Positions 10,994 to 21,332 of a DNA stretch of 64,000 nucleotides are shown here, piece by piece (within the stretch, counting starts at the first letter, position 1; every line of letters starts with the position of its first letter). The notes under the pieces were generated by a model. It saw nothing but the letters and a program-made list of their open reading frames with translations, made no database searches and had not been told where the DNA came from. The translations under genes and the position numbers were made by a program. The DNA is from Psammoneis japonica (taxonomy: Eukaryota): NCBI GenBank assembly GCA_008632985.1, contig QPGO01000121.1:124001-188000 (forward strand), in the 5' to 3' direction.

Positions 10994-13210
10994 ATGAGCA
11001 ACCTTCATGACGAAGAAGAGGAGGGCAATGGTGTGAATGCGTTGATGGGTCTGTCGTTTGCAGATATCTTTGTCATGATCAAACAAATGGAACTCCAGCA
11101 TGTAACGTCCATGACGAAGATAACAAAGTTGAGCAGTCAGCTGCAGCTATCTCGAAATACAGTGTCAGATCTGAACAGTGATCTCATCGCATATGAGACT
11201 CGAGAAAAAGAAGTCTCTGCTCAAGTGAAGAGTCTTGCCGAGAGTCTAAAGGACAGCCAAGCCGAAATAAAGCGCTTGCTGAAATCACGAGAGCGTGAAG
11301 CGGAACTTGGTGCTGCACAGAACGATCTCGTAGGTGAACTAGAAGAAACCAAAGCACGAGAGAAAGAGACTCTCAAAGAGATTGATGATTTCAAACATGC
11401 GCTCACAAACTGCCAAGCCCGTATCGAAGAGGACACGGCTACAATCGAAGACCTCAATCGCCTCGTGCGGATTTCTCAAGCTCGCGAAGAGGAAAGTACT
11501 GCCACAATTGAGAGTCTGACAATGAAACTGCAAGATCTCAATACATTTGACGATGATAACGATGACAGAATCGAACAAAGCGATCAAGATTCCCAAGATG
11601 ATCAATCCAAGGAAGAGTTAAATGTTTCGTTGGTTAGTGAACTCCGGCAGACGTTGCGGGTCGTGCGAGACACCAAAGACGAGAACGTGTCCGCCGTGCT
11701 GGACCGATTCCGTGACGAGCTAAAACAATGTCATGAACGTGAGAAAGAAAGTATGGAGAGAATCGAAGAACTCACTATTCAACTTAAGAACAGTAAGGAC
11801 GAAGAGAAAAGAATTTCTGCTCAGTACGACAAGCTGAATGAACTGATTACACGAGAGAGAAGTATGTGGGCACTTCAGCAGACAACTACTGCTGTCAGTC
11901 TCAGCCGACAAGACAGTAGCATACAAGACTCCGGATCAATAGCATCGACAAGTAGCGATACGGATCACGTTGACAAGGATAGTAATGAAAGCGAAGTTAA
12001 CGAACTACGGCAGGAATTACAGTCCAGTCAGGAGAAATTGCGAGACTTGGAACAGCAACACAGAGAAGCACAACAAAAAATAACTGATCTGAATAGTCAG
12101 TTGGTGCATACCCAACTTTTGACAACGCTTCACGAGGATCAAGAGACAAAACTTAAAAAGGCCTTATCCGACAGCAAGAGACAAGTGGAGCTTCTCGAAG
12201 GCAAGGTTGTCGATCTTCGAATTGAACTGGAGGAAAATACCGAATATCTGGAGACCTACGTGAAAGAGCTGGCAGTAGCAAAAGGTGAACTTGCAAACAA
12301 ATTGTCATTGACAGATAGAGCAACGCCCTCCAATTCTGGAGGCGCGCAAAGTCTTACTGAGGAACCTCACATGGGAAAGAAAGCCCAGGGATCAAAGGCA
12401 AGAAGGTTCTTCAACTTTCGGCGCCCTGCTTCAATTGCAAGTAGCTCGAGTTCGGTGAGTAGCGACGAAGGCAGTAATGGGGGATTACTAGCTGATAAGG
12501 CAGAAGCGAGTAAGACGTCTCAAAGCACAAGTATTGAAGACGATGCGGGCAGTACGACACAAGGGGGCTTTTTCTCGTTTGGGTTTTCTACCACAGAAGC
12601 CACTCAGCCAAGCAGGGTTTCAATCAGTCCAGTACAGGCCAACCATTCATCCACGGCTTCAGAGGATGACGGGGCGAGTGCGCAAGATATGCCCTTTGAC
12701 GAAGACGAGATATCAACGAAGACAATAGTCCAGCCGACAAGTCATACGGATGGAGACCATGAAGTAATGTCGAAGCTCGATATGGAGCAGTTGAGTGCTG
12801 GCACGGACAATATCTCGCCCACCTCGGTCGTCGGACCACCACCGAATTCGTTTACAAAACTCGTTCGTCAAGATCAGTCAAATGTTCCTTCAGCAGATGA
12901 CGCCTCTGATAGCCTTGGTGTTCAGAACACCTCGCAGACTCCATCTGCAAGTGCTCCTTTAGTGAGTCCATCAGATGGTATTCGTGTTGTTTCTGCTTCT
13001 GGTATTCTGTTAGAAGACGGCGAAATATTGCTCGACAGCAATACCGACGAAGGCTTGGCTGTATCAACATCCAACCTACTGAAGGTTCCTCTCACTGCAA
13101 CAAAATCCGTCACACCAGATGCTTTGTCAGGGCCTTCCATTGTGCAAGAAGACGGCGTGACAGAAGGGGCAGTTTCCACACCGTCGGAATCAACGCTTTG
13201 TCACATTTGA
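10994..13210 (+). CDS. Long coiled-coil protein with Ser-rich disordered tail
   Basis: Long ORF with heptad-like E/K/L/Q composition; no specific family recognised. Confidence 0.8.
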   Translation: MSNLHDEEEEGNGVNALMGLSFADIFVMIKQMELQHVTSMTKITKLSSQLQLSRNTVSDLNSDLIAYETREKEVSAQVKSLAESLKDSQAEIKRLLKSREREAELGAAQNDLVGELEETKAREKETLKEIDDFKHALTNCQARIEEDTATIEDLNRLVRISQAREEESTATIESLTMKLQDLNTFDDDNDDRIEQSDQDSQDDQSKEELNVSLVSELRQTLRVVRDTKDENVSAVLDRFRDELKQCHEREKESMERIEELTIQLKNSKDEEKRISAQYDKLNELITRERSMWALQQTTTAVSLSRQDSSIQDSGSIASTSSDTDHVDKDSNESEVNELRQELQSSQEKLRDLEQQHREAQQKITDLNSQLVHTQLLTTLHEDQETKLKKALSDSKRQVELLEGKVVDLRIELEENTEYLETYVKELAVAKGELANKLSLTDRATPSNSGGAQSLTEEPHMGKKAQGSKARRFFNFRRPASIASSSSSVSSDEGSNGGLLADKAEASKTSQSTSIEDDAGSTTQGGFFSFGFSTTEATQPSRVSISPVQANHSSTASEDDGASAQDMPFDEDEISTKTIVQPTSHTDGDHEVMSKLDMEQLSAGTDNISPTSVVGPPPNSFTKLVRQDQSNVPSADDASDSLGVQNTSQTPSASAPLVSPSDGIRVVSASGILLEDGEILLDSNTDEGLAVSTSNLLKVPLTATKSVTPDALSGPSIVQEDGVTEGAVSTPSESTLCHI

Positions 13211-13239
13211 AAAGTTTTGTAGGGAGTGATTTCCGTGAG

Positions 13240-14052
13240 TTAATTGCGGCTTAACCTAGGATTGTACTGATCTTGATAATGAGTACTCCCATGCTTATTT
13301 GTACTAGAGTTGTGTGTTTGACGTAACGCTCCCTCTCGAAGCGATTCACGTTGTTCTCGTTCTTTTCGACGGCGTCTTAGTTCGTCCATGGAACAGGTTT
13401 CTCGTTTCCTTTTTCGCTTTGACGAGTCGTCGTCGCTTCTCCTTCTAGAATGCTTTCTCTTGTGTCGTTTCTTGTCTTTATGCCTGCGCCTCCTTTCACG
13501 ATGGTGGCTTTCGTCGGAGGACTCTACATCTGAGTCTTCACGACTTCTTAGCGTGTGTTTGGCAATTGAATCTTCGTCTCGGTTTCGTTCCTGCTTATGA
13601 TTAGAAGCAGCTACCGTGAATCTTTGCATGGGATCCATACTAGCTTTGCGCTTGTCTTCTCTGTCATTTACTTCCTTCTCGGTTTTTGTACGGCTCTTCA
13701 TGTAGAACGGAGCATTGTCACCACGATTCTTCAGTTCCGTACCGCCGAGCACGACCGGCATGATGCCCGGGTTTCTCTTTTCCTTCACATCGTCCCCTGT
13801 CAGTGCTTTTTGTACCATGGCGCGTTCCTCTGGTTCAAACAAATTCACATGTCCCTCTTTGGCCGGCGTTTTCTCACTGTTCTTGCTCTTCAACGTCTTG
13901 AGGCGCAGTCGCGATGCGTCCTTTTGTTCTTGCTGCTCCAGCGCTTCTAATCGTTCTTTTTCAAGCCTCTCATCACGCAATACTCTTTCGACATTTTCCG
14001 GCTTCCATGGACAATAACTCTTTTTGGGTAGAATCACAAGACGTCCCGACAT
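13240..14052 (-). CDS. Cir_N-domain protein (LENG1/CIR1-like)
   Basis: N-terminal ILPKKSYCPWKPENVERVLRDE; basic R/K/H tract; C-terminal YQDQYNP. Confidence 0.8.
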   Translation of the reverse strand: MSGRLVILPKKSYCPWKPENVERVLRDERLEKERLEALEQQEQKDASRLRLKTLKSKNSEKTPAKEGHVNLFEPEERAMVQKALTGDDVKEKRNPGIMPVVLGGTELKNRGDNAPFYMKSRTKTEKEVNDREDKRKASMDPMQRFTVAASNHKQERNRDEDSIAKHTLRSREDSDVESSDESHHRERRRRHKDKKRHKRKHSRRRSDDDSSKRKRKRETCSMDELRRRRKEREQRESLREGALRQTHNSSTNKHGSTHYQDQYNPRLSRN

Positions 14053-14262
14053 GGTGGTGGTAGTCTACTAGAGCTAGAGTGCGGTTTGTAACAAACACCA
14101 CCCGCTATCTATCGGTATCTGCTCCTTGCTCCTTCGTTCTTTATCCTGGACCAGGCGGATGTGCTTTTAATAACGTCGAAAAGCTATCTACCATAGATCG
14201 AAGTAAAGGTTACCTCTAAAGAGGGCAGTCTACAGCAGAAAGGCAAAAACTACTTCTTACTT

Positions 14263-16020
14263 TTATTTGCTTGATGTATCTAAAAAGCCAAAGACATCCT
14301 TTGTCGTAAACAATCCTTGCTTGGGTTCGACAAAGGTCAGCGGTGTCGGTTTGCTTTTTTTCCGCCGCTTTTCACCACCACCACCACCTCCGCGCTTGCG
14401 TTCTTGATCAAAGAGTGACTTGTACGTGTGTCCAAAGTCATTCAAATCATGCATGGCTACATTGGAATCCTCCAAGGTTCCAATCGACTTGGCCAAGGTT
14501 GCAATGGGTGCATAATAATGCTTGGAGAGTGCCTCCAATTCCCAAAGCGACGATTCCAATGCGCGTGATTTGTACGGATCGTTGGTTTCCGCATCAAACA
14601 CGTCATTCTCTTCTTTTTTCGGACTGCGATGAATCAAACAGGTGCATTCGGCATGTTGTCGTAATAGATTCGAAACACACGCCAAACAATACAAAATGGT
14701 CGGTGGCGGTGCCGATAGACAAGCACGAAGCAATCGTTTGCAAAAGGAGGCAATCACGTGTGCTGGCAACATGGCATGGCCCGTCAATGATTTGGTCAAG
14801 AGATGTAAAAAGCGTTTTGTGGAAGTTGCCGAATGATGCAACATGCGGGCTTGTACCAATGTGTAGAGACTGGCATAGAATTTTGGATAGTGCAATCCGT
14901 GTTGGGTCTGCAGCACAAACAATCCATCCAATGCCAACAAACTAATGGTAAAGCCATTCTTGGCACCCGTATCATCATGATTGTCGTAGGCTTGCATGAA
15001 AAAGTCCGCAAACAAGAGTGGGTTGGCAACGTGCGGCAGAACGTTTTTGGGTAGTACGTGTAGAGCGTGCTTGAGGGCTCGGGTGGGTAGAGACAGCTTG
15101 AGCACGGCGAGCCACGCATTACACAAGACCTTGCAATGTGAATTGTATTGTGTAAAGTGAAAGGATGACTTTTTCTTTTTCGAAATCTTTTCTTGATTCT
15201 GTTTCTCTTTGGAGTTGTCGTCCTTCTCGTCATGAGATGAGTTTTCGTCCTCGTCGCTTTCGTCATCACTACCCAGAGTATCTGCATCAATGTCGTCATC
15301 ATTACTTTCGTCGTCGTCGCTGTCTTGTTGTTCGTCTACTGGAGTTTCTTGTTTGGGTGGCGGAAATAGATATTTTGAACTCTTATTGATTTCCTCTTGA
15401 GACGATGGAATTGAAATCATGAGCAACAATTGCAACAATCGCTCGGCGTGATTTGTGTTTGGCTGAGATGCCTTGTTGTATTCATCCGTGGCAAGCCGTG
15501 CGATTGTCACCTTGGCATAATACTGTACATCCAAGTATGGACCAAAGAATTCGTCTTGAATCATTCGTACCAATGCCTTGTCATTCCAATTTTCGTGATT
15601 GATTTCCATGACGGCTTGAAACCATGCATACAAGAGTTCCGTATCAACAAACTTGTACAATTCATTCCTCGAGAGCTTGGGACTGGACGCCAAGACACCC
15701 CACATGGTTCGAATAAAGGTCTTGGGTGAAGACGAGCTCGTTCGAATCGTTTCGCATAGCTGTGAAACAAATAGTTTGTGCTGTTTTTGCAAGTACTGGT
15801 TCCACTTTTCCGAAGCCGACAATGTTTCTTTATTACGAAGAGTTCCAAAGGTCAATTCGCCTCGTGCCGTCAATTGACCAAAGATGCGACGCAATTCGTC
15901 TAGCCGAGCCGCATCGGAACGTTCGTCCTTGCATTGTTGTTGTAAGAGTCGCTTAATGGTTTGTGCCGTCTCGGAAGCCCCGCCGCCGCCCGACGGCTTT
16001 TTCGTGACGGCCGCCGTCAT
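14263..16020 (-). CDS. NOC4: Nucleolar complex protein 4 (CBF/Mak21 family)
   Basis: NPLLFADF, LLALDGLF, YPKFYASLY, LPAHVIASFCKRL, ALESSLWEL..L..HY. Confidence 0.9.
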   Translation of the reverse strand: MTAAVTKKPSGGGGASETAQTIKRLLQQQCKDERSDAARLDELRRIFGQLTARGELTFGTLRNKETLSASEKWNQYLQKQHKLFVSQLCETIRTSSSSPKTFIRTMWGVLASSPKLSRNELYKFVDTELLYAWFQAVMEINHENWNDKALVRMIQDEFFGPYLDVQYYAKVTIARLATDEYNKASQPNTNHAERLLQLLLMISIPSSQEEINKSSKYLFPPPKQETPVDEQQDSDDDESNDDDIDADTLGSDDESDEDENSSHDEKDDNSKEKQNQEKISKKKKSSFHFTQYNSHCKVLCNAWLAVLKLSLPTRALKHALHVLPKNVLPHVANPLLFADFFMQAYDNHDDTGAKNGFTISLLALDGLFVLQTQHGLHYPKFYASLYTLVQARMLHHSATSTKRFLHLLTKSLTGHAMLPAHVIASFCKRLLRACLSAPPPTILYCLACVSNLLRQHAECTCLIHRSPKKEENDVFDAETNDPYKSRALESSLWELEALSKHYYAPIATLAKSIGTLEDSNVAMHDLNDFGHTYKSLFDQERKRGGGGGGEKRRKKSKPTPLTFVEPKQGLFTTKDVFGFLDTSSK

Positions 16021-16274
16021 GGTGATTTCTGCGCCAGAAAAACAAAAATTGAAAAAGCGACGAGTGGAGGCAGAGCGTGCCGCAACGTCGGACAGACCAT
16101 GTTGCGCTGAAATCTAGGGATCGCGCGCAAACATGCCGCCAACACCACACAAAATCACGACGACCAACACCTCCTTTCCTCTCTTGCTCTAATTCCAACC
16201 ATCAAGCCAAGTTAGTTGCGTCTCATCCTTTTGCAAAGTTTTCCAAGAGAACAATTGTTTCCATCTTTTGCAAA

Positions 16275-17753
16275 ATGAGAATTTTCACGGGCGACGAATG
16301 TGGTTTGCTCAAGGAAATTCTGCCCGAACTGGGGCGCAAAAAAGAGGACAATGACGAGTTTGATCCCAACAAAAAAGTTGTTGTGGACGATGGCATTCAA
16401 CGAATTGACCCGAGCGAACGACAGAGTCGAACAAGAGGTGTCGTGGACATGAGCTTTACTACCAACCAAATCAATAACAATAATTTTGCCGCCCTTCGAA
16501 TGGACGGTTCACTTGAGTATTGGCAACAACACGATCAACAACACGACAATGAGAACAAGGAGCTTACCTTTGGAGAGTACCGTCGAACAAGAACCATAGA
16601 AAACATTTTTTCAAAACAAAATGACAAGAACAGTGATAAAAAGAAGAATGGACGGCCCATGGCGTTGGGCTGTTGGAGACGAGAACACGAGGATTCCTTG
16701 CTGTGCGCCGCCAATTCGTTGGGTCAATTGACACTGATCAAGGATACTGGATCCGTCGCGGCACACTATGACCCATTTTCCAAACAAACCAAATCGCAGA
16801 CATCCTATTCCAAGGTTCAGTTTGGATATGAAAATGATGTGATTTCCGCCATGGCGTGTGATGCCGCAAATCATGGAAGAATGGCACTCGGAGGTCGCGA
16901 CCGGGAAACGACCTTGATGGATATGAATTCCGACGCGGCCGTCGTGTGGAAGGCCAAGAATTTACCGCCCGATCCACAAACACTGTTGCAGCAACCCATT
17001 TGGTCTACCGCGTTATTGTTTTTGCAAGAAAATTCAAACATATTGGCGGTCGGAACCGCCTATCAACAAGTGCGTCTCTACGATGTACGACAAGATTCCA
17101 AGACACGACGGCCGCTGTCGTATACACCCGAGGGTAGTGTCTTGGAACACCGCGTGACGGCACTTTGTCAAGTAAGTCCACACGGTTTGGTGGTGGGTGA
17201 CACGGCGGGATATCTACACGACTTGGATATTCGTAAACTCGGCAAAGCAAAGAACAATGCCAAGAGTAGTAGTAGTTTGAGAGGACGGTATGTTGGACCG
17301 AGTGGATCCATTCGACAAATGCAAAAGCATCCAACATTACCCATTTTGGCGGTCGTGGGATTGGATCGCATGTTACGAACCTATGATACAACCAATCGCA
17401 AACTGTTGGATTGTGTCTATCTCAAACAACGCTTGAATTGTTTACTGTTTAGTCACGAGGAACGCTCCTCCGAGCCAGATTATAGCAACATTATGGAGGA
17501 ATCCGAAATCTACAAGCAAAAAGATGCTGTTGAGGATTATGTTGATTCAGATCAAGAGCAAGAGTCATCTGGTAGCAGTAGCAGTGAAAAGTCATCATCT
17601 GAAGAAGAAGATGATGATGATGATGATGATGAAGGCAGCAATGATGGGTCCTCAAATGGCAGCACGGAGCAAGAGAGTAGCTCCGAGAGTGAAGACGAGG
17701 AGACAGAAGACTATGAACAAAAGGTACCGAACAAGAGAAGGAAACGACAATGA
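16275..17753 (+). CDS. WDR74: WD40 ribosome biogenesis factor WDR74/Nsa1
   Basis: MRIFTGDECGLLK, WKAKNLP, QVRLYD, GSIR, VGLDRMLRTYD, VYLKQRLNCLL; acidic tail. Confidence 0.9.
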   Translation: MRIFTGDECGLLKEILPELGRKKEDNDEFDPNKKVVVDDGIQRIDPSERQSRTRGVVDMSFTTNQINNNNFAALRMDGSLEYWQQHDQQHDNENKELTFGEYRRTRTIENIFSKQNDKNSDKKKNGRPMALGCWRREHEDSLLCAANSLGQLTLIKDTGSVAAHYDPFSKQTKSQTSYSKVQFGYENDVISAMACDAANHGRMALGGRDRETTLMDMNSDAAVVWKAKNLPPDPQTLLQQPIWSTALLFLQENSNILAVGTAYQQVRLYDVRQDSKTRRPLSYTPEGSVLEHRVTALCQVSPHGLVVGDTAGYLHDLDIRKLGKAKNNAKSSSSLRGRYVGPSGSIRQMQKHPTLPILAVVGLDRMLRTYDTTNRKLLDCVYLKQRLNCLLFSHEERSSEPDYSNIMEESEIYKQKDAVEDYVDSDQEQESSGSSSSEKSSSEEEDDDDDDDEGSNDGSSNGSTEQESSSESEDEETEDYEQKVPNKRRKRQ

Positions 17754-18817
17754 ATAAGCTAGAAATGATAAGGTACGAAAGGTGGCTTATTCGGCTCTAT
17801 ATCTATCTAAAATTTAATTTGTATCTTCAATCTTGACCATCCTGAAAAGGAACTGGTCCGGTGGGTACCGTTGTCCACCCATCCATTGCAATGTCCAGTG
17901 GATCCTCTTCGTTGTCCGATGTAATGTCGGAGGGCTCGTCGTTGCCCACTACAGTAAAAGTATTGTTCGGTGGTGTTGGGGGTATCGGGGGTGTTGGGGG
18001 AGCGACGAAAGGGTTCTTGTCGTTGGTTGGTTGCTCCGGTAGGGATATGTTGTGAAGCAAAAAGATCAACGCGTACATGACACCCAACGAAGTATATGGC
18101 GGGATATTTCCCAACCATAGCTCAACATTGTTGAACGAAATTGTTCCACAAGCCAATCCCAATCCAAAAAAAGCTAAAACGCGACACGATGTCTTGGTGC
18201 CCTTGCGCCAGCGTTTCTTGCTTCCAGCAACTCGGTCAGCTAGCGCCTGTCCCAGCTTGGTCACGTGTCCCGTCATGGCATGGGTTACCGTTCCTCCCAG
18301 TGCATCTACAGAAGCAGCATTCAACATGCCATAGGCAAGCGATAAGAGTGGAACAAACCCCCGATATTCCATGTAGTGATATCCGCCACGAAGCACGAGT
18401 ACATCCACAAGCATAAAGAGGGACAAAATCATGGGCATTACAACAAGCATGCAAGAGGAACGGGATGATGCAGGCGTCGTTGTCGCTGTTGCAGTCGTTG
18501 TTGTTGCTACGGGTGGTCCCGAAACAACCTCCTTTATTTGCGGTCGCGTTTTTAAATCGACAAGTCGAAACAAAAAGATACCCAAGCTATAACACGTGAC
18601 AACCATTCCAAACAACAAAGCGTCGGTCAATCTCAACTTCCGTCAGGGCTGTTCCGAAACAAATGGTATTGCCAGTCATCATGTTGCAATAGAAACCGTA
18701 CCGACGAAACGATAGAATGTCACCAAGACCCGTAAAGAAGGAAATGCATGACGCAACGGTCGACTTTTGTATGAGCCCTTTTCTTGGAGCTTTTTCATCC
18801 TGAACAGCAGCTGGAGG
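17257..18817. repeat. Copy 1 of a ~1.55-kb direct duplication (copy 2 about 20780-22310)
   Basis: Collinear high similarity from atgccaag(a/t)gtagtagtagt to cagctggagg, covering the WDR74 3' end and most of the DUF1275 gene. Confidence 0.95.
17827..18817 (-). pseudogene. 5'-truncated, frameshifted copy of the DUF1275 membrane-protein gene
   Basis: Near-identical to 21333-22310 but lacks the start and signal region and has a 1-nt insertion near 18637. Confidence 0.8.
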
Positions 18818-18938
18818 TACAACAACTTAATTACCGACATCGTACGCAAGCCCAAAGACAAATAATTCATTTCCGTATCGAAAATTCGACGGTTTTTCGC
18901 CATTGTCGATGGTGGCACCAAAAACACTTATGAGGAGA

Positions 18939-20447
18939 TTACACCAGACGTCCACAGGCCGTGTCCATCCAACTTACATCGGAGTTCTTCTTAGTGCGAA
19001 CAGCACTCATATCGAAGACAACAGCCTTCTCCTTCCCTTGCTTGTCAACATATAACCCAATATTTCGCCAGTAAACATCGTCATGGACCAAGCCTTGGCG
19101 GTCAAAATGTTTTTCCAGCGCTTCCTTGACCAAATTCAGCTTGTCGCTACGGTCTTCTGTGCGTACCTGTGCAAAGTGCGGCATCCGTAATGCCGGGTGG
19201 CCACACCATGTCTCGCGAAAGACTGGAAAGGATGGATAGATCTTCTTCCAAAATTCATGCTCCTTGTCCAAGCCGTCATGTTTGTCGTCGAGTGCAAATT
19301 TGAGAACGCATACAGCACCGGAAGAGGAGCATGTCAGCCAGACACGGCCGTGCGCCCCGCGACCAAGATCTTCGATCGCATACAAGAACTTTTGAGGCCG
19401 AGCAATCTTATTCCACTTGGGCTGTACGTCTTTCAAACGGGTCCAAAAGATCGACTTCTCTTCACCTTTTGTGAACTTCAAAATAGTTCTCTGTGGGAGC
19501 CGGTCGAAAGGATTCTCGAAGGGATTCTGACGAACTATGTACATCTTGGCTACTGCTGCAGCAATTACCCGCACAGCATTACTCTTGTAATAGACTTGGG
19601 AGATGTGGAAGTGCCTAGGAGTCTTGTATTCATCTTCCACTTTTGGGTCATCGACTTCGTCTTCTTGATTATCTTCGTCCGGAATCTGAACCTCGTGGAC
19701 AACGGGGTTAAGCTTGCTTGCGGTGGGTCGAAGGGGGGATTCACCTGTTTTCGTCTCCCTTGACTCCGCTCCGTCCGGCGTGCGGATACTCGTATCATCT
19801 CCGTCGTCAAGTTTCTCATCGTTGTCTTCCTCATCGACAACTGTCCAAATCACTTCCTCGGCCGCCATCTTATCAGCATCGGCATCTGGAAGCCATGCAG
19901 CTCTCCATTGGACCAAATTGGTTACGATTCCGAATGCCGGAGTGATACCATAGAAGTTCGGAAGGTGTTCCATGAAGTCGAACAGCTCTCCGAGTACATT
20001 GGGGTGTTCCAATCCCTTCACACCGTCGTCAATATCGGGTTTTTTCACCAAAGTTACACCGATTGGCAAGCCTCCACGAACGACGACCCAAAGATCAGGC
20101 CGGAGGTTGAAGGTTGTGATTTCAGAATAGACAGCAGCGTCGTCGAGGTCAAGGGCAATCAATATACGAGTGACAAGTGTTTTGACGTGTGCAGCGACAT
20201 CGTTTTTAGAGCTGTACTCAACAGCTCCGTGAGTGACGATAAGCCCCATGGGATAGCTCTTGATATTTTCAAATGATGATTCCGCTAAAAGGCCAAAATC
20301 CTTGACGGTCCAAGTAACGGCTGCATGTTCTTCGTCGGATGGAATCGATGGACCTGTTTCCGATATCGTTCTTCTTACCCGTGGGATATCGTCCCCCAAG
20401 GTTGGTTCCTCAATCCACCTCTTTGTTCGCTTACGGCGTACAAACAT
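18939..20447 (-). CDS. Crinkler-type REase-fold + kinase-like protein (DUF5898-like)
   Basis: N-half RPDLWVV..PIGVTLVKKP..GELFDF..FGIVTN..W (PD-(D/E)xK-like); C-half LGRGAHGRVW, VLKF, HDDVYWRNIG, VFDMS. Confidence 0.75.
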   Translation of the reverse strand: MFVRRKRTKRWIEEPTLGDDIPRVRRTISETGPSIPSDEEHAAVTWTVKDFGLLAESSFENIKSYPMGLIVTHGAVEYSSKNDVAAHVKTLVTRILIALDLDDAAVYSEITTFNLRPDLWVVVRGGLPIGVTLVKKPDIDDGVKGLEHPNVLGELFDFMEHLPNFYGITPAFGIVTNLVQWRAAWLPDADADKMAAEEVIWTVVDEEDNDEKLDDGDDTSIRTPDGAESRETKTGESPLRPTASKLNPVVHEVQIPDEDNQEDEVDDPKVEDEYKTPRHFHISQVYYKSNAVRVIAAAVAKMYIVRQNPFENPFDRLPQRTILKFTKGEEKSIFWTRLKDVQPKWNKIARPQKFLYAIEDLGRGAHGRVWLTCSSSGAVCVLKFALDDKHDGLDKEHEFWKKIYPSFPVFRETWCGHPALRMPHFAQVRTEDRSDKLNLVKEALEKHFDRQGLVHDDVYWRNIGLYVDKQGKEKAVVFDMSAVRTKKNSDVSWMDTACGRLV

Positions 20448-20779
20448 TTTCGATCGGATCTTACGACTGTTCAGAATTGAGTAAGAAGACAGAGAAGTAA
20501 CTATTGCCTTGCAACAAGCTAAACAGCTCTTGCTTTTCCTTATTATTATTGTTGCGTCTGTCGCTTTCGCTCGCTGATTTTTCGCTCGGTTCGAAAAATT
20601 TCAAATTCCCTCCGACACACAGGGAATCACGGGTCGGGAGGAAACGATTCATTCACGAGTGTGGGGGGGAGAAGAGGCGGAAACGTTTGACCTGGTCCTT
20701 GGAACAGCTACTCTACTAGAGTAGATTTACTACAGTGCATCGCTACTCTCTACTATTCTCCATAGTGAGTACCATTGAG

Positions 20780-21260
20780 ATGCCAAGTGTAGTAGTAGTT
20801 TGGGAGGACGGTATGTTGGACCGAGTGGATCCATTCGACAAATCAAAAAGCATCCGACGTTGCCCATTTTGGCTGTTGTTGGGTTGGATCGCATGTTGCG
20901 AACCTATGATACAACCAATCGCAAACTGTTGGATTGTGTCTATCTCAAACAACGCTTGAATTGTCTCCTGTTTGTCACGAGGAACGCTCCGAGCCAGATT
21001 ATAGCAACATGGAGGAATCCGAAATCTACAAGCAACAAGATGCTGTTGAGGACTATGTTGATTCAGATCAGGAGCAAGAGTCATCTGGTAGCAGCAGCAG
21101 TGAAAAGTCATTTACCTCTGAAGAAGAAGAAGAAGAAGAAGGCAGCAATGATGGTTCCTCGAATGGCAGCACGGAGGAAGAGAGTAGCTCCGGGAGTGAC
21201 TACGAGGAGTCGAAAAACTACGAACGAAAGGTACCCAACAAGAGAAGGAAACGACAATGA
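20780..21260 (+). pseudogene. 3' fragment of WDR74 (part of duplication copy 2)
   Basis: Matches 17257-17753; no 5' part; 1-nt deletion near 20974. Confidence 0.88.
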
Positions 21261-21332
21261 ATAAGCTAGAAATGATAAAGTACGAAAGGTGGCTTAGTCG
21301 GCTCTATTTCTATCTAAAATAAACTTGTTTCT

